Below, piece after piece: positions 51,589-61,228 of a stretch of 64,000 nucleotides of DNA; position 1 is the stretch's first letter, and each line of letters opens with the position of its first letter. Source of the stretch: Myxococcota bacterium. Lineage in GTDB: Bacteria > Myxococcota_A > Polyangia > Nannocystales > Nannocystaceae. The stretch spans positions 1 through 64,000 of the forward strand of contig JBCCHT010000025.1 of the NCBI GenBank assembly GCA_039028615.1, read 5' to 3'. A program made the position numbers and the translations under genes. Under the pieces are notes generated by a model, which was not told the DNA's origin, did not search any database, and worked only from the letters and a program-made list of their open reading frames with translations.

Positions 51589-52314
51589 CTACGTAACCTC
51601 CGGCAGCGCCTTCCGCTCGTTCCCCACGATCGCCACGATCTCCCCAAACGCCCGCGAAAGCTGAGTCTCCCGCCCATCACTCCGCCGCTTCCAGATCGCC
51701 CGACCCACCAACCAGCCGAGCCCCACACCAACCCCGATCAACGGCCCCCAGGCGAGCATCATCGTTGCCTTCCCGAGCAACGCCTTGAGCGGAATCACCG
51801 TCGAAAACCCGCCCATACCGCCCGTGAACGCGCCCAAGCCCACGGTCGACTTGGCGTCCATGGGCATGCGCTCCTCGAGCCGCACGGTGGTCTTGCCGGA
51901 GTGCTCGACGACGCTCAAGTGCACCCGCCGCGTGGTCGCCTTCGACGTAGACCAGATCCGCGAGGTCCCTTCGTTCTTCAGCTCCCCCGGGTCACCGAGG
52001 CTCCGTCGCAGCACCTCGATGATCGGGGTCAACGCGGCGTCATCGAGCCGGCCATCGACGGAGGTCTCAAACATCAAGTCGGTCTTGCCGCCCAGCATCC
52101 ACTTGGGGCGCGTGCGCTGGTCGGCGACGGAGACCTCGGACACGGCCCGGGCGACGAGGGCCTTGGAGATGCCCAGCTCGGTGACGACTTGCTCGATCTC
52201 CGCTTCGCTCATCGAGCGGGCGTCGGTCTTGTCGCCCGCGCGCTCGTGCAGCTCGGCGACGCGCTTGAGGATCAGGCCAACTTCTCGATCGTCGTAGCGG
52301 CGTTCGTCCGTCAC
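51589..52314 (-). CDS. Hypothetical membrane protein
   Basis: RRY.D.EV..ILKR.AEL N-terminus, two C-terminal TM segments. Confidence 0.75.
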   Translation of the reverse strand: MTDERRYDDREVGLILKRVAELHERAGDKTDARSMSEAEIEQVVTELGISKALVARAVSEVSVADQRTRPKWMLGGKTDLMFETSVDGRLDDAALTPIIEVLRRSLGDPGELKNEGTSRIWSTSKATTRRVHLSVVEHSGKTTVRLEERMPMDAKSTVGLGAFTGGMGGFSTVIPLKALLGKATMMLAWGPLIGVGVGLGWLVGRAIWKRRSDGRETQLSRAFGEIVAIVGNERKALPEVT

Positions 52315-52365
52315 TTGGAAAAACGATACCGCGGGCCGGTCGGGCATGTTCCCGGCCCGTCGCGC

Positions 52366-53049
52366 TCAGCCGGGGGGCAAGGCGCGGCGCTTCTTCTTCT
52401 CGGCCTTGAGGCGCTTGCGGGCCTGCTTGCGACGCTTGCGGGCCTGCCACCACGACTCGCCCAGCTCGCGATCTTTGACGGTGACGCTGCCCAAGACCAT
52501 GGTGCCAGTCACGCGAATGCGCGGGGCATTGGGCGGCAGGGGGTCGGTGCGGTCGGGCTGGGAGACCTCGCCCAAGATGGCGGAGCAGTCGATCTCGACG
52601 CCGACGTCCGGCGGGACGAACAGCTCGACTTCGGCCATGACCGCGGTGATGTCGACTTCGGTGACGCCGGGGCCGAGCCGGGCTTCGCGGTAGTCGAGCA
52701 CGACGCTGGCGGCGACGGCCTTGACCCGCGAGTGCCGCGCGGGCGTCCACTGACCCGTGCGCTTGGTCTCGGACAGGATGGCGACCATGTTGCCGTTGGT
52801 GGGCACCTCCCCCAGCGGCACGAGGGCCCGCGGGGCCTCGACGGGAGACAGCGCAGTCTCGGCGGGGGCGAGGTCCGTGGTGAGGGCGTCGAGCCGCGCG
52901 AGGGTGCCGGCCTGCTCCACCGCCTCCAAACGCCGCTCGAGCTCGTCTTCGCCGATGAGATCGCGCGCAAACCCGTCGCCGATGCGGTCCCGCGCCAGCG
53001 ACCGCGCGGCCTCGAGCTGGTCGGGAGACAGCGGCTCGGCGGGGCTCAT
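52366..53049 (-). CDS. DUF1707 (SHOCT-like) plus LiaF-like domain protein
   Basis: E.E.RL..V..A.T...L..LT.DL; R.G.W, V.LDYREA, VEL.VPP, GSV.V. Confidence 0.8.
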   Translation of the reverse strand: MSPAEPLSPDQLEAARSLARDRIGDGFARDLIGEDELERRLEAVEQAGTLARLDALTTDLAPAETALSPVEAPRALVPLGEVPTNGNMVAILSETKRTGQWTPARHSRVKAVAASVVLDYREARLGPGVTEVDITAVMAEVELFVPPDVGVEIDCSAILGEVSQPDRTDPLPPNAPRIRVTGTMVLGSVTVKDRELGESWWQARKRRKQARKRLKAEKKKRRALPPG

Positions 53050-53292
53050 GACGGGGTTATACCCCGACCAAAGACCCGCCGGGTCCAGGGCGTGTGCGTT
53101 CGATTCGGCCACCGGTCGCCTACCACCGTGCCGCCCGGTGTTTCATTCCCGATCAAGACGATCGAGGCGCCGACGAGCGGAACGACCCGGCCCGTGTCCA
53201 AGGGAGCGTCGCGAGCTCGGCGCGAGCGTATCCCCCGGGTGCCGCAGGGGATCTCTTGCCCCGTCGCGCTCGGCCGTGCTTCGCTGCCCACC

Positions 53293-53946
53293 GTGACTGC
53301 GGAGATCGTTCAGCTCGAGGTGGGCCTTTTGCAGAACTTCTGCGAGGTCATCGGCTGCGTCGAGACCAAGCAAGCGGCGCTGGTGGACCCGGCGTTCGAG
53401 GTCGACCGTCTGCTGCGAGCGGCGGCGGAACGCGACTGGACGATCACCACGATCCTGCTGACGCATACCCACGACGATCACGTGGCGGGGCTGGACGAGG
53501 CGGTGGAGGCCACGGGCGCGGTGGTGCGCTGCCACCCGGTCGAGGTCGAGGTCGCCAAGCGCTTCGCGTCGAAGGTGGAGCCGGTACAGGACGGCGAGAT
53601 CATCGAGCTCGGGCAGCAGCAGGTGCAGACGATCTATACGCCCGGGCACACGCCGGGGTGCATCTGCTGGTTTCTGCCGGAGCCCGCGGCCGTGATCACG
53701 GGGGATGTGCTGTTCGTGGGCTCGTGCGGCGGGGTGTCGTATCCGGGCTCGGACCCGGCGGCGATGGTGGACAGCCTGCAGAGAAAACTCGGTTCTCTGC
53801 CCGACCACACGCAGGTGTACCCGGGGCACGACTACGGCAAGACGCCGACGAGTCGGTTGGCGTGGGAACTGGCCAACAACCCGGCCTTGCTGGCGGATAC
53901 GGTCGAGAAATTCTGCACGTACAAGAACGTGCCGGTTCCGCAATAG
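53293..53946 (+). CDS. Metallo-beta-lactamase-fold hydrolase (glyoxalase II-like)
   Basis: THTHDDH, TPGHTPG, TGDVLF, VYPGHDY. Confidence 0.92.
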   Translation: MTAEIVQLEVGLLQNFCEVIGCVETKQAALVDPAFEVDRLLRAAAERDWTITTILLTHTHDDHVAGLDEAVEATGAVVRCHPVEVEVAKRFASKVEPVQDGEIIELGQQQVQTIYTPGHTPGCICWFLPEPAAVITGDVLFVGSCGGVSYPGSDPAAMVDSLQRKLGSLPDHTQVYPGHDYGKTPTSRLAWELANNPALLADTVEKFCTYKNVPVPQ

Positions 53947-54000
53947 ACCGGTGAATTCACCGGGGAGCGCGGTACTCGCAGTGGTACCGTCGCTCGGCAC

Positions 54001-55647
54001 ATGCACCTGCCCACGCTGCCCGATCCCAAGAAAGTCCCCGTTGCCACTTGGAGCGAGCTCGCCGATCGCAAGCCCGCGTATGCCTGCGTCGCCGATATCG
54101 ACCTGGTGGTGGTGCGATGGGACGAGCAGGTTTCGGTGCTCTACGGTCGCTGCCTGCACCGCGGGGCGCTGATGGCCGACGGCTCGGTGGTGGGTGACGA
54201 CCTCATCTGCGGCGTGCATCAGTGGGACTACCGGCTCGAGACCGGCGTCAGCGCGTACGACAACAAGGAAGCGCTGGCTCGCTTCACCGCGTGGGTCGAC
54301 ATCGACTCGGACCAGGTCCTGGTCGACGAAAACGAGATCGTCGCATGGGCGGAGAAGCACCCGCAGCCCTACGCGCGCGAGCAGTACCACGGGCTGTACG
54401 CCGATCACCACGGCACGCCGGAAGAGCCCTACACCAAGCACATCCAAGAGCTCGCGCGGCACGGGCTCACGCGGCTGGGGCACCACGGGCCCGTGTCGGC
54501 GATGGGCATGCCGCTGACCGATCTGCCGCGCTGGGACGACATCCAAGTCATCACGGCTCAGCTCGCTCGTCGGCCCCTGCTCGACGACGACGCGGTCGGC
54601 ACGGACGTGGTCATCGGACCCCGCGCCAACAAGCCGCTGCACCTGAAGATCCCGCTGTTCGTCAGCGACATGAGCTTCGGGGCCCTGTCCGAGGAGGCCA
54701 AGGTCGCGCTGTCGGTCGGGGCGGACCAGGCGGGCACGGGCATCTGCTCGGGCGAGGGCGGCATGCTGCCCGAGGAGCAGGACGCGAACTCCCGCTACCT
54801 GTACGAGCTGGCTTCGGGTCGCTTCGGCTGGTCGATCGACAAGGTCAAGCGCTGCCAAGCCTTCCACTTCAAGGCGGGTCAGGGCGCCAAGACGGGTACG
54901 GGCGGGCACCTGCCGGGCACCAAGGTCATCGGCAAGATCGCTCAGGTCCGCGGTCTGAAAGAGGGCGAGCCCGCGATCAGCCCGGCCACCTTTCCCGACC
55001 TGAACGGGGTGGCAGACTACCGCCGCGTGGCGGCCGAGGTCCGCGAGGCGACGGAGGGGATCCCCATCGGCTTCAAGATGTCGGCCCAGCACATCGAGGA
55101 CGACATCGACTTTGCCCTCGATGTGGGTGTGGACTACATCATCCTCGACGGGCGCGGCGGAGCCACGGGAGCCGCTCCCAACATCTTCAAGCACAACATC
55201 TCGGTGCCCACCATCGCAGCGCTGGCCCGGGCCCGGCGCCATCTCGATCGCCGCGGCTGCTCCGATGTAAGTCTCGTCATCACGGGCGGTCTTCGCACGG
55301 AAAGCGACTTCGCCAAGGCGATGGCGTTGGGAGCCACGGCGGTAGCGATCTCCAATAGCGCCTTGCAGGCGATCGGCTGTCTAGGCATGCGTGCGTGTCA
55401 CACCAACAACTGCCCGGTCGGTATCGCGACCCAGCAGGAGCACCTTCGGGCAAGGCTGGATGTACAGCGCTCCGCCCAGCAGCTCACGAATTACCTCGAG
55501 GCCACCGTCGACCTCATGAAGATCCTGGCGCGCGCTTGCGGGCATGATCACCTCCGGGGCATGTGCCCGGACGACCTGACCAGCTGGAAACGAGACGTCG
55601 CGGAGTTGGCGGGAATTGCGTACGCTGGTGTCGGCGGATGGGGTTGA
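54001..55647 (+). CDS. Rieske domain fused to FMN-binding glutamate synthase-family domain
   Basis: CLHRG...CGVH Rieske; MSFGALS, SGEGG, GQGAK.G.GGHLPG.KV, DG.GG.TGAAP, GCLGMRACHTNNCPVG. Confidence 0.92.
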   Translation: MHLPTLPDPKKVPVATWSELADRKPAYACVADIDLVVVRWDEQVSVLYGRCLHRGALMADGSVVGDDLICGVHQWDYRLETGVSAYDNKEALARFTAWVDIDSDQVLVDENEIVAWAEKHPQPYAREQYHGLYADHHGTPEEPYTKHIQELARHGLTRLGHHGPVSAMGMPLTDLPRWDDIQVITAQLARRPLLDDDAVGTDVVIGPRANKPLHLKIPLFVSDMSFGALSEEAKVALSVGADQAGTGICSGEGGMLPEEQDANSRYLYELASGRFGWSIDKVKRCQAFHFKAGQGAKTGTGGHLPGTKVIGKIAQVRGLKEGEPAISPATFPDLNGVADYRRVAAEVREATEGIPIGFKMSAQHIEDDIDFALDVGVDYIILDGRGGATGAAPNIFKHNISVPTIAALARARRHLDRRGCSDVSLVITGGLRTESDFAKAMALGATAVAISNSALQAIGCLGMRACHTNNCPVGIATQQEHLRARLDVQRSAQQLTNYLEATVDLMKILARACGHDHLRGMCPDDLTSWKRDVAELAGIAYAGVGGWG

Positions 55648-55763
55648 TTTGGGACGCGTCCGCGGCTAAGGCTCAAAGCGGCACCCACCCCAGCAGCGAA
55701 GCGCGATCCGTGCTTTGATTGCCTCTGCACGGGCCTGGCCACCCGGTCCTCGAAACGAGCGAG

Positions 55764-56030
55764 ATGATACGCGACGAACCGACTTCGGCGATGATCAGCT
55801 TCACGAGCCCTCGGGATCCCAACGACGATACCCACGCTCGGATCACGCTCGGCTCGGAAGCGCCCGAGCCCGGAGAAGCGCCCTACTCGTTCACGATCAT
55901 GATCGCGAACGCCAAGGTCACCCTCTCGGGCATCCAGACCTCGGCCAACGTGGTCGAGCGAGTGCCGCTGTCGCATCAGGACATCGAGGCGCTCAAGCAG
56001 TGGCTCGAGCAAGAGACCAGCCGCGCCTGA
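55764..56030 (+). CDS. Small hypothetical protein
   Basis: Plausible codon usage, no recognisable motif. Confidence 0.45.
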   Translation: MIRDEPTSAMISFTSPRDPNDDTHARITLGSEAPEPGEAPYSFTIMIANAKVTLSGIQTSANVVERVPLSHQDIEALKQWLEQETSRA

Positions 56031-56124
56031 GTCGAACGGACCGGTCTCGTCACCGCGGTGTAACGGCAACGCGGTGACGCGCCACCCCGCTCGCGATTGC
56101 TGAGCGGGTGACGGCGGCTGCCGA

Positions 56125-56583
56125 TCAGTCCCGGCGCTCGAAGGTCAGCGTGCCCTCGACCTTCCACGGCCGCAGGTGACCGAGGCCGACCAGCGGCAGG
56201 GGCAACGAGAACACCGACTCCTCGTCGAGCCACACGTTGATGACGCCGCCCGGGCCCCAGCCTTCGGCCTTGAACCGCCCGACCTGTCCAGCGAGTCGGT
56301 GAAGCGGGAGCGCGGCGTAGGGCAGGTTCGGTCGGCCGCCACCGCCGCCGAACTCGCCCTCGAAGTGCTCGATGTCCTTGGCGCTCATGTAGATCTTGCC
56401 CTCGTCGTAGGTGATCCAGCCGCGCATCCCGGCTTGGCCGCTCTCGATGCCGACCGAAGCGCTGATGGCTGCGGGCACGTACTTGAGCGCGTCGTCGGCC
56501 TTGGATTGAGCGTCGACGAACTGCTTGGCGAGGGCAGAAACGGCGGCGGTGTCGGTGTTCTGAGTGATGCTGGGAGTGTCCAT
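56125..56583 (-). CDS. Orphan beta-rich protein
   Basis: AAGGA RBS and long A/C-rich leader. Confidence 0.7.
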   Translation of the reverse strand: MDTPSITQNTDTAAVSALAKQFVDAQSKADDALKYVPAAISASVGIESGQAGMRGWITYDEGKIYMSAKDIEHFEGEFGGGGGRPNLPYAALPLHRLAGQVGRFKAEGWGPGGVINVWLDEESVFSLPLPLVGLGHLRPWKVEGTLTFERRD

Positions 56584-56756
56584 GGTCTTCGTCCTTCTGT
56601 TGTCGTTCGTTCGTGTGTTGGTGGTTTGGTTGGTGGTGGTAGTTCAAGCCAAGGCGCAGCCCGCCGAGGTCCGTCCTCACGACGGATCCCTCGCTCATCG
56701 GGACTACTGTCAGTTTTTCTAGACTCTACGTTCGGGCGCCGGGTCGGCGCGCTCGA

Positions 56757-57140
56757 CTACTTGCTGCCCTTTTTGATCAACTTGACGGTGACGCGGGGCC
56801 GCGGTGGTTCGGTGGTCAGGTCATCGGCGGCCGCGGGCGGTGCCTCGCCCTTGGCGCTCCCGTCCTTCATTGGCCAATCGCAATTCACGAAGTTCAACGT
56901 GAGCGTCTGTTCGTGGCTGCTCAACGTAATCTCGGGGGACTTCTCCCCTTGTCCGAGGCGTCCCGAGTTGTTTCCGAGACTCCAGCTCACGCTGGGATCC
57001 GACCCGTCGCAGCCGCGGTTGTTGGCAATGACCACTTTGTAGGGAGGGGCCACATCGATCTTCGACCCGTCCGCGGGGTAGTCGAGCATGCAACCCAGCA
57101 TGGGAATGCACTCTACGGTCGATACACTAATCGTCGTCAT
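56757..57140 (-). CDS. Orphan small protein downstream of kinase
   Basis: AGGAGA RBS 17 nt after the kinase stop. Confidence 0.65.
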   Translation of the reverse strand: MTTISVSTVECIPMLGCMLDYPADGSKIDVAPPYKVVIANNRGCDGSDPSVSWSLGNNSGRLGQGEKSPEITLSSHEQTLTLNFVNCDWPMKDGSAKGEAPPAAADDLTTEPPRPRVTVKLIKKGSK

Positions 57141-57157
57141 CGTCGTTTCTCCTGTCA

Positions 57158-59782
57158 CTATCGCTGGGTCCCCGCGCGGAGCTGCTTCGCGTCCACGACG
57201 AGTTCGTGTTCATCACCAAAGGTCTTCGTCAAGATGGGGATCGCGTGGTCGAGCAGCACGTTGGCTCGCGCCTGCTCCCCCGCATCGATCGCAGCGCTGG
57301 CCAGGTTGTGCTCGGCGAGCGCGACCTCGAGCGAGTCGGCGGGCTTGAGCCGCTGCACGATCACCAGCGCCCGCTCGAACGCATGCACGGCATCCGCGGT
57401 TCGCTCTTGGTAGGTCGCCGCCACGCCGACCGCCGACAGCACGTCCGTGCGGATGGGATGCGTGGGGCCGACCGCTTCGAGCGAGATCTGGTCGGCCAGC
57501 TCGGCATGGCGCGCCACGTCGTCGGCCCGGTCGAGATAGTCGTAGGCGGCCACCAGAGCCACATGAGCGCGGGCCACCATCTCGCTGCGCGGGCCGTACT
57601 CGAGCTGCGCGTCGCGCAAGACCTGGCCCAGGTGCTGGACGGCGTCGTCGTAGTCTCCGCTGCCGATCATCGCCAAGCCTTCGTCGAAGCGGCGATCGAG
57701 GGTCTGCGGGGAGAACTGGCCCGGCTTGGTGGCCACGCCCGAGGGTCCGAGCTCGAGGTCGCGGGCGCGCTCGAGCAGCGCGCGTCCCTGCTCGGGTCGA
57801 CCGCCGTGGGCGAGGATGTTGCCCAGCCGATGCAGCACCGAGGCCTGATCCCACGCGGTCGCGGCTCCCTCGGCTTCGAGCAAGGCCAGCGCCTCCCGGA
57901 GCGAGGCTTCGGCCGCCTCGACGTCGCCCGCCAGCTCGAGGGTCTGGCCGCGATCGCTCAACAGACGTGCCCGCTGCCGTACCGAGGGCTCGACCTCGCC
58001 GAGCAGGGCGGCGTGCCGTTGCTGCGCCCACTGGGCCCGATCGATGTCGAGCTCCACCAGGCGCTCGACCTGGTTGAGCGCGCTCCAGGCGTAGGCCTGC
58101 AGCTGCACGTCGCGAGCGGCCTCGCTGATGTCGAGCGCCTCGCCCAGCCGGGCTCGCGCTCGAGTGCCGTCCCCCGCCACGATGTGCAGACGCCCCAACA
58201 CCAGGGCGGCCTCGCCGACGAGCGGGCGCCAGCCGAGGGTGTGGCTGCGCTGCAGGATGTGCTCGGCGGTGGCGATCCGCTCGGCCACGCTACGGCCACG
58301 GGTCAGCTCCAGGCGCACCAGGGCCCGTCGAAGCTCGGCGACCACCTCGACGCTGGCCTCGGGCACGGCCGCGATCTCGCTGTCGATGACGTCGGCGGCC
58401 AGGCACGACGCGGGATCCTCGAGGCGACCGAGCGCGGCGACGAGCTGCCCACGGCCCTCGAGGTCACCGCCCAGCAGGCTCTGCGTGACCGCCTCGAAGC
58501 CGGCGAGGCGACGGCCGAGGCACACGCCGCGGCGGTCGAGACTCTGCGCGGACAAGCTCTGGCGCACATGCACGTCTTCGCAGCTGGTCTGCGCTGCGTC
58601 TCGCCACCCGGCCGCCCATGCATCGAGCACCTGCACGGTGGCGGGGCTGCCCAGTGCCCCGAGGGCCTCGGCGACCACCTCACGCGTGCCCGAAGACCAC
58701 GCCTCGTCGAGGGGGGCCGCCACCGCAACGCACGGATCGACCTCGGCCGCGGGTGACTCGGTGAATCGAGAGCTGAGCGCCATCCCGCCGAGCGCGGCCA
58801 AGCCCAGCGCTACCAACGACTCGGGCCAGCGCCGACGCGAGCGCGGCATGACCTCGTCGAGCAGCTCGCCCACGCTGGCGAAACGATCGTGCGGCTCGAG
58901 GCTCAGCCCTCGGCTCAGCGCCCGATGCAATCGCCCGGACAGCCGCGCCCCCTCGGGCAGCGGCACCAGGCCCTCGTCGAAGGTCTGCCGCGGCCGGGAC
59001 CCACACAGCGCCTCCCAGAGGCACACGCACAGGGCGTACTGGTCCGCCCGCGCATCGACCTCGCCGCCGCGCTGCTCGGGCGCGGCATAGGCCGGGGTGC
59101 CGAGGAAGCCATCGTGCTCGGTGATGGGCGCCCACTCGCGCTCCACCCGAGAGACCGTCTGCCCGCCGTCGGTCGTGACCTCGTTCGCCGCCGTCACCAA
59201 GCCGAAGTCGACCAGGCGCACCCGTCCGTCGTCGCCGAGCAAGACGTTGTCCGGCTTGATGTCGCGATGCACCAGCCCTGCGTCGTGGACCGCGGCCAGC
59301 CCTCGCCCCGCCTCGACCCAGCGAGTGAGGATCTCGGTGCGCGTGCGCGGCTGCGCCTTGGCCCACGCACGCAGGGTCTGTCCGGGCACGTACTCCATTG
59401 CCACCCAGACCCGGCCTTCGTGCCGACCCACGTCGTACACGGGCACCACGTTGGGATGGGACAGCTGCGCCAGGCCCTGGGCCTCGCGAAACAGCCGTAG
59501 CTCGGCCGCCTCGTCGCCGCCGACCCGCCGCAAGAACTTGAGCGCGACCTGGCGCTGCAGCTCGGTGTCCCAGCCCTCGTACACTGTGCCCATGCCGCCG
59601 GAGCCGAGTTCTCGCTCGAGCCGAAAGCGACCGACCTGCACCTTGGGCGCCTCCCCGAGCATGCGCTCGTGAATGCGGGCCGCGAACACCTCACCCCGCA
59701 GGGCGCTGATGGGCCCGCTCGAACCGGATTCGGCCGAAGTCAGGCGGTCACGGTCGGGGTGGTCGGCGGTCATCTCGGTCAC
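57158..59782 (-). CDS. Ser/Thr protein kinase with TM segment and TPR repeats
   Basis: GSGGMG, VALK, HRDIKPDN, DFG, APE; GPTHP TPR motif. Confidence 0.94.
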   Translation of the reverse strand: MTEMTADHPDRDRLTSAESGSSGPISALRGEVFAARIHERMLGEAPKVQVGRFRLERELGSGGMGTVYEGWDTELQRQVALKFLRRVGGDEAAELRLFREAQGLAQLSHPNVVPVYDVGRHEGRVWVAMEYVPGQTLRAWAKAQPRTRTEILTRWVEAGRGLAAVHDAGLVHRDIKPDNVLLGDDGRVRLVDFGLVTAANEVTTDGGQTVSRVEREWAPITEHDGFLGTPAYAAPEQRGGEVDARADQYALCVCLWEALCGSRPRQTFDEGLVPLPEGARLSGRLHRALSRGLSLEPHDRFASVGELLDEVMPRSRRRWPESLVALGLAALGGMALSSRFTESPAAEVDPCVAVAAPLDEAWSSGTREVVAEALGALGSPATVQVLDAWAAGWRDAAQTSCEDVHVRQSLSAQSLDRRGVCLGRRLAGFEAVTQSLLGGDLEGRGQLVAALGRLEDPASCLAADVIDSEIAAVPEASVEVVAELRRALVRLELTRGRSVAERIATAEHILQRSHTLGWRPLVGEAALVLGRLHIVAGDGTRARARLGEALDISEAARDVQLQAYAWSALNQVERLVELDIDRAQWAQQRHAALLGEVEPSVRQRARLLSDRGQTLELAGDVEAAEASLREALALLEAEGAATAWDQASVLHRLGNILAHGGRPEQGRALLERARDLELGPSGVATKPGQFSPQTLDRRFDEGLAMIGSGDYDDAVQHLGQVLRDAQLEYGPRSEMVARAHVALVAAYDYLDRADDVARHAELADQISLEAVGPTHPIRTDVLSAVGVAATYQERTADAVHAFERALVIVQRLKPADSLEVALAEHNLASAAIDAGEQARANVLLDHAIPILTKTFGDEHELVVDAKQLRAGTQR

Positions 59783-59837
59783 GCTTCAATGGGTTGGTTC
59801 TGCGACCGACCGAACCGATCAACGAAAGTTCGACTTT

Positions 59838-60452
59838 TTATGCGTCCCGTTTCCGCAGCGACCGCGCCCAGTCGTCGAGGCGTCCCACCGTGGACTCCAG
59901 CTCGGCCCGATCCCGCGCCAGTCGGTCGATGGCCGCCCGCAGGTCGAGCTTGGCCTTGCGGATGCGACCCCGCGCCGTGCCCTCGGGGATGCCCAGGACC
60001 GCCCCCAGCTGCGACGCCGACAGGTCCTCCCAGTAGTAGAGTTCGAGGATCGTCTGCGACTCGACCGGAATCTCCCGCAGCCCGAGCAGCAGCAGCCGAC
60101 GCTCACGCTTGGCGTCGACGGCCGAGCCCGGGCCCACGCCCAGCGCCACCACCGAGTCGACTTCGTCGTCGATCGCCTCCCGCTTGGTGCGCTCGATGAT
60201 CCACTTGCGCAGCCGATTGCGGGCAATGGCGAACATCCAGGTGCGGAACTCGGCGTCCTCGCGAAAGCGATCGACGCCCTCCACACAGGCGGCAAAGGTC
60301 TGCTGGACGAGTTCCTCGAGCTGCTGCGGGTCGCCGACCTTGTTGAAGAAGAACCGATGCAGCGCGTCCACGTGGCGCGAGATGATCTCGCTGCCCGCAT
60401 TGCGATCACCGTTGCGCCATGCGAGCAGCAGCGCGTGCTCCGAGGACTCCAC
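59838..60452 (-). CDS. ECF sigma factor
   Basis: LLLAWRNGD, ELVQQTF, FRTWMFAIARN, LELYYWE, LGIPEGT.RGRIRKAK. Confidence 0.93.
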   Translation of the reverse strand: MESSEHALLLAWRNGDRNAGSEIISRHVDALHRFFFNKVGDPQQLEELVQQTFAACVEGVDRFREDAEFRTWMFAIARNRLRKWIIERTKREAIDDEVDSVVALGVGPGSAVDAKRERRLLLLGLREIPVESQTILELYYWEDLSASQLGAVLGIPEGTARGRIRKAKLDLRAAIDRLARDRAELESTVGRLDDWARSLRKRDA

Positions 60453-60493
60453 CGGGCTCGATGGTACGCCAAGCCCCGTGCCCGCGGGGATTC

Positions 60494-61228
60494 CTACGCG
60501 GACCAGCCCCCGTCGACGTCGATGACTTGCCCCGTGATGTAGCCCGAGCCCTCGTCGAGCAGGAACGACACCAGAGGCGCGACATCCATAGGAACGCCGA
60601 CCCGCCGCAGCGGAACCTCGGTTGCGTAGGCATCGTAGCCGGCCTCGCCCACGTCGGCGGTCATGTCCGTGCGCAGCAGGCCGGGCGCGACCGCGTTGAT
60701 GCGGACACCCCGGGGGCCGAGCTCATGCGCCAACGAACGCACCGCGCCCTCGAGACCGCCCTTGGCCGCGGCGTAGGCCGTCTTGCCGGCCAGGCCGCGA
60801 TGACCCAGGTTGGAGCCGATCACCACCACCGAGGCGCCATCACCCAGCGCGAACTTCCGCAGCAAGGCCCGCAGCAGTCGCAGCGGGGCCTCGAGGTTGA
60901 CCCGCAGCTGCTCGACCAGCGGATCGACGCCGTCTTCACCTTTGGCGTCGAGCCGACCGCGATGACCGATGCCCGCACACAGCACCAGCCCGGAGATTTC
61001 GTGCGCCCCGGACAGCACCGTGGTCACGAGTTCGTCGACCTGCTCCGGCTCGCTCAGGTCGGCCTGGAGCATGCGCAAGGGCCCTTGCACCGAGCGCACC
61101 AGCGTCTGGGCGTCGTCCTTGCTGGAGCGATAGACCCCGATCACGTCGTGGCCGATCTGCGTCAGCAAGCGACACACCGAGCGCCCGATGCCGCGGGAGG
61201 CTCCCGTCACGAGGATGGGCGGGCTCAT
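60494..61228 (-). CDS. Short-chain dehydrogenase/reductase
   Basis: TGASRGIG, YAAAK, NAVAPG, ITGQ.I.VDGG; ATGA overlap with the folB fusion. Confidence 0.92.
   Translation of the reverse strand: MSPPILVTGASRGIGRSVCRLLTQIGHDVIGVYRSSKDDAQTLVRSVQGPLRMLQADLSEPEQVDELVTTVLSGAHEISGLVLCAGIGHRGRLDAKGEDGVDPLVEQLRVNLEAPLRLLRALLRKFALGDGASVVVIGSNLGHRGLAGKTAYAAAKGGLEGAVRSLAHELGPRGVRINAVAPGLLRTDMTADVGEAGYDAYATEVPLRRVGVPMDVAPLVSFLLDEGSGYITGQVIDVDGGWSA

Noticed and set aside
51379..53292. Apparent 855-aa MBL fusion
   Set aside because: The extension is antisense to real genes; the MBL domain starts near 53293
60494..61228. folM/pteridine reductase assignment
   Set aside because: Cofactor motif is TGASRGIG rather than the TGxxxRIG type; left as generic SDR
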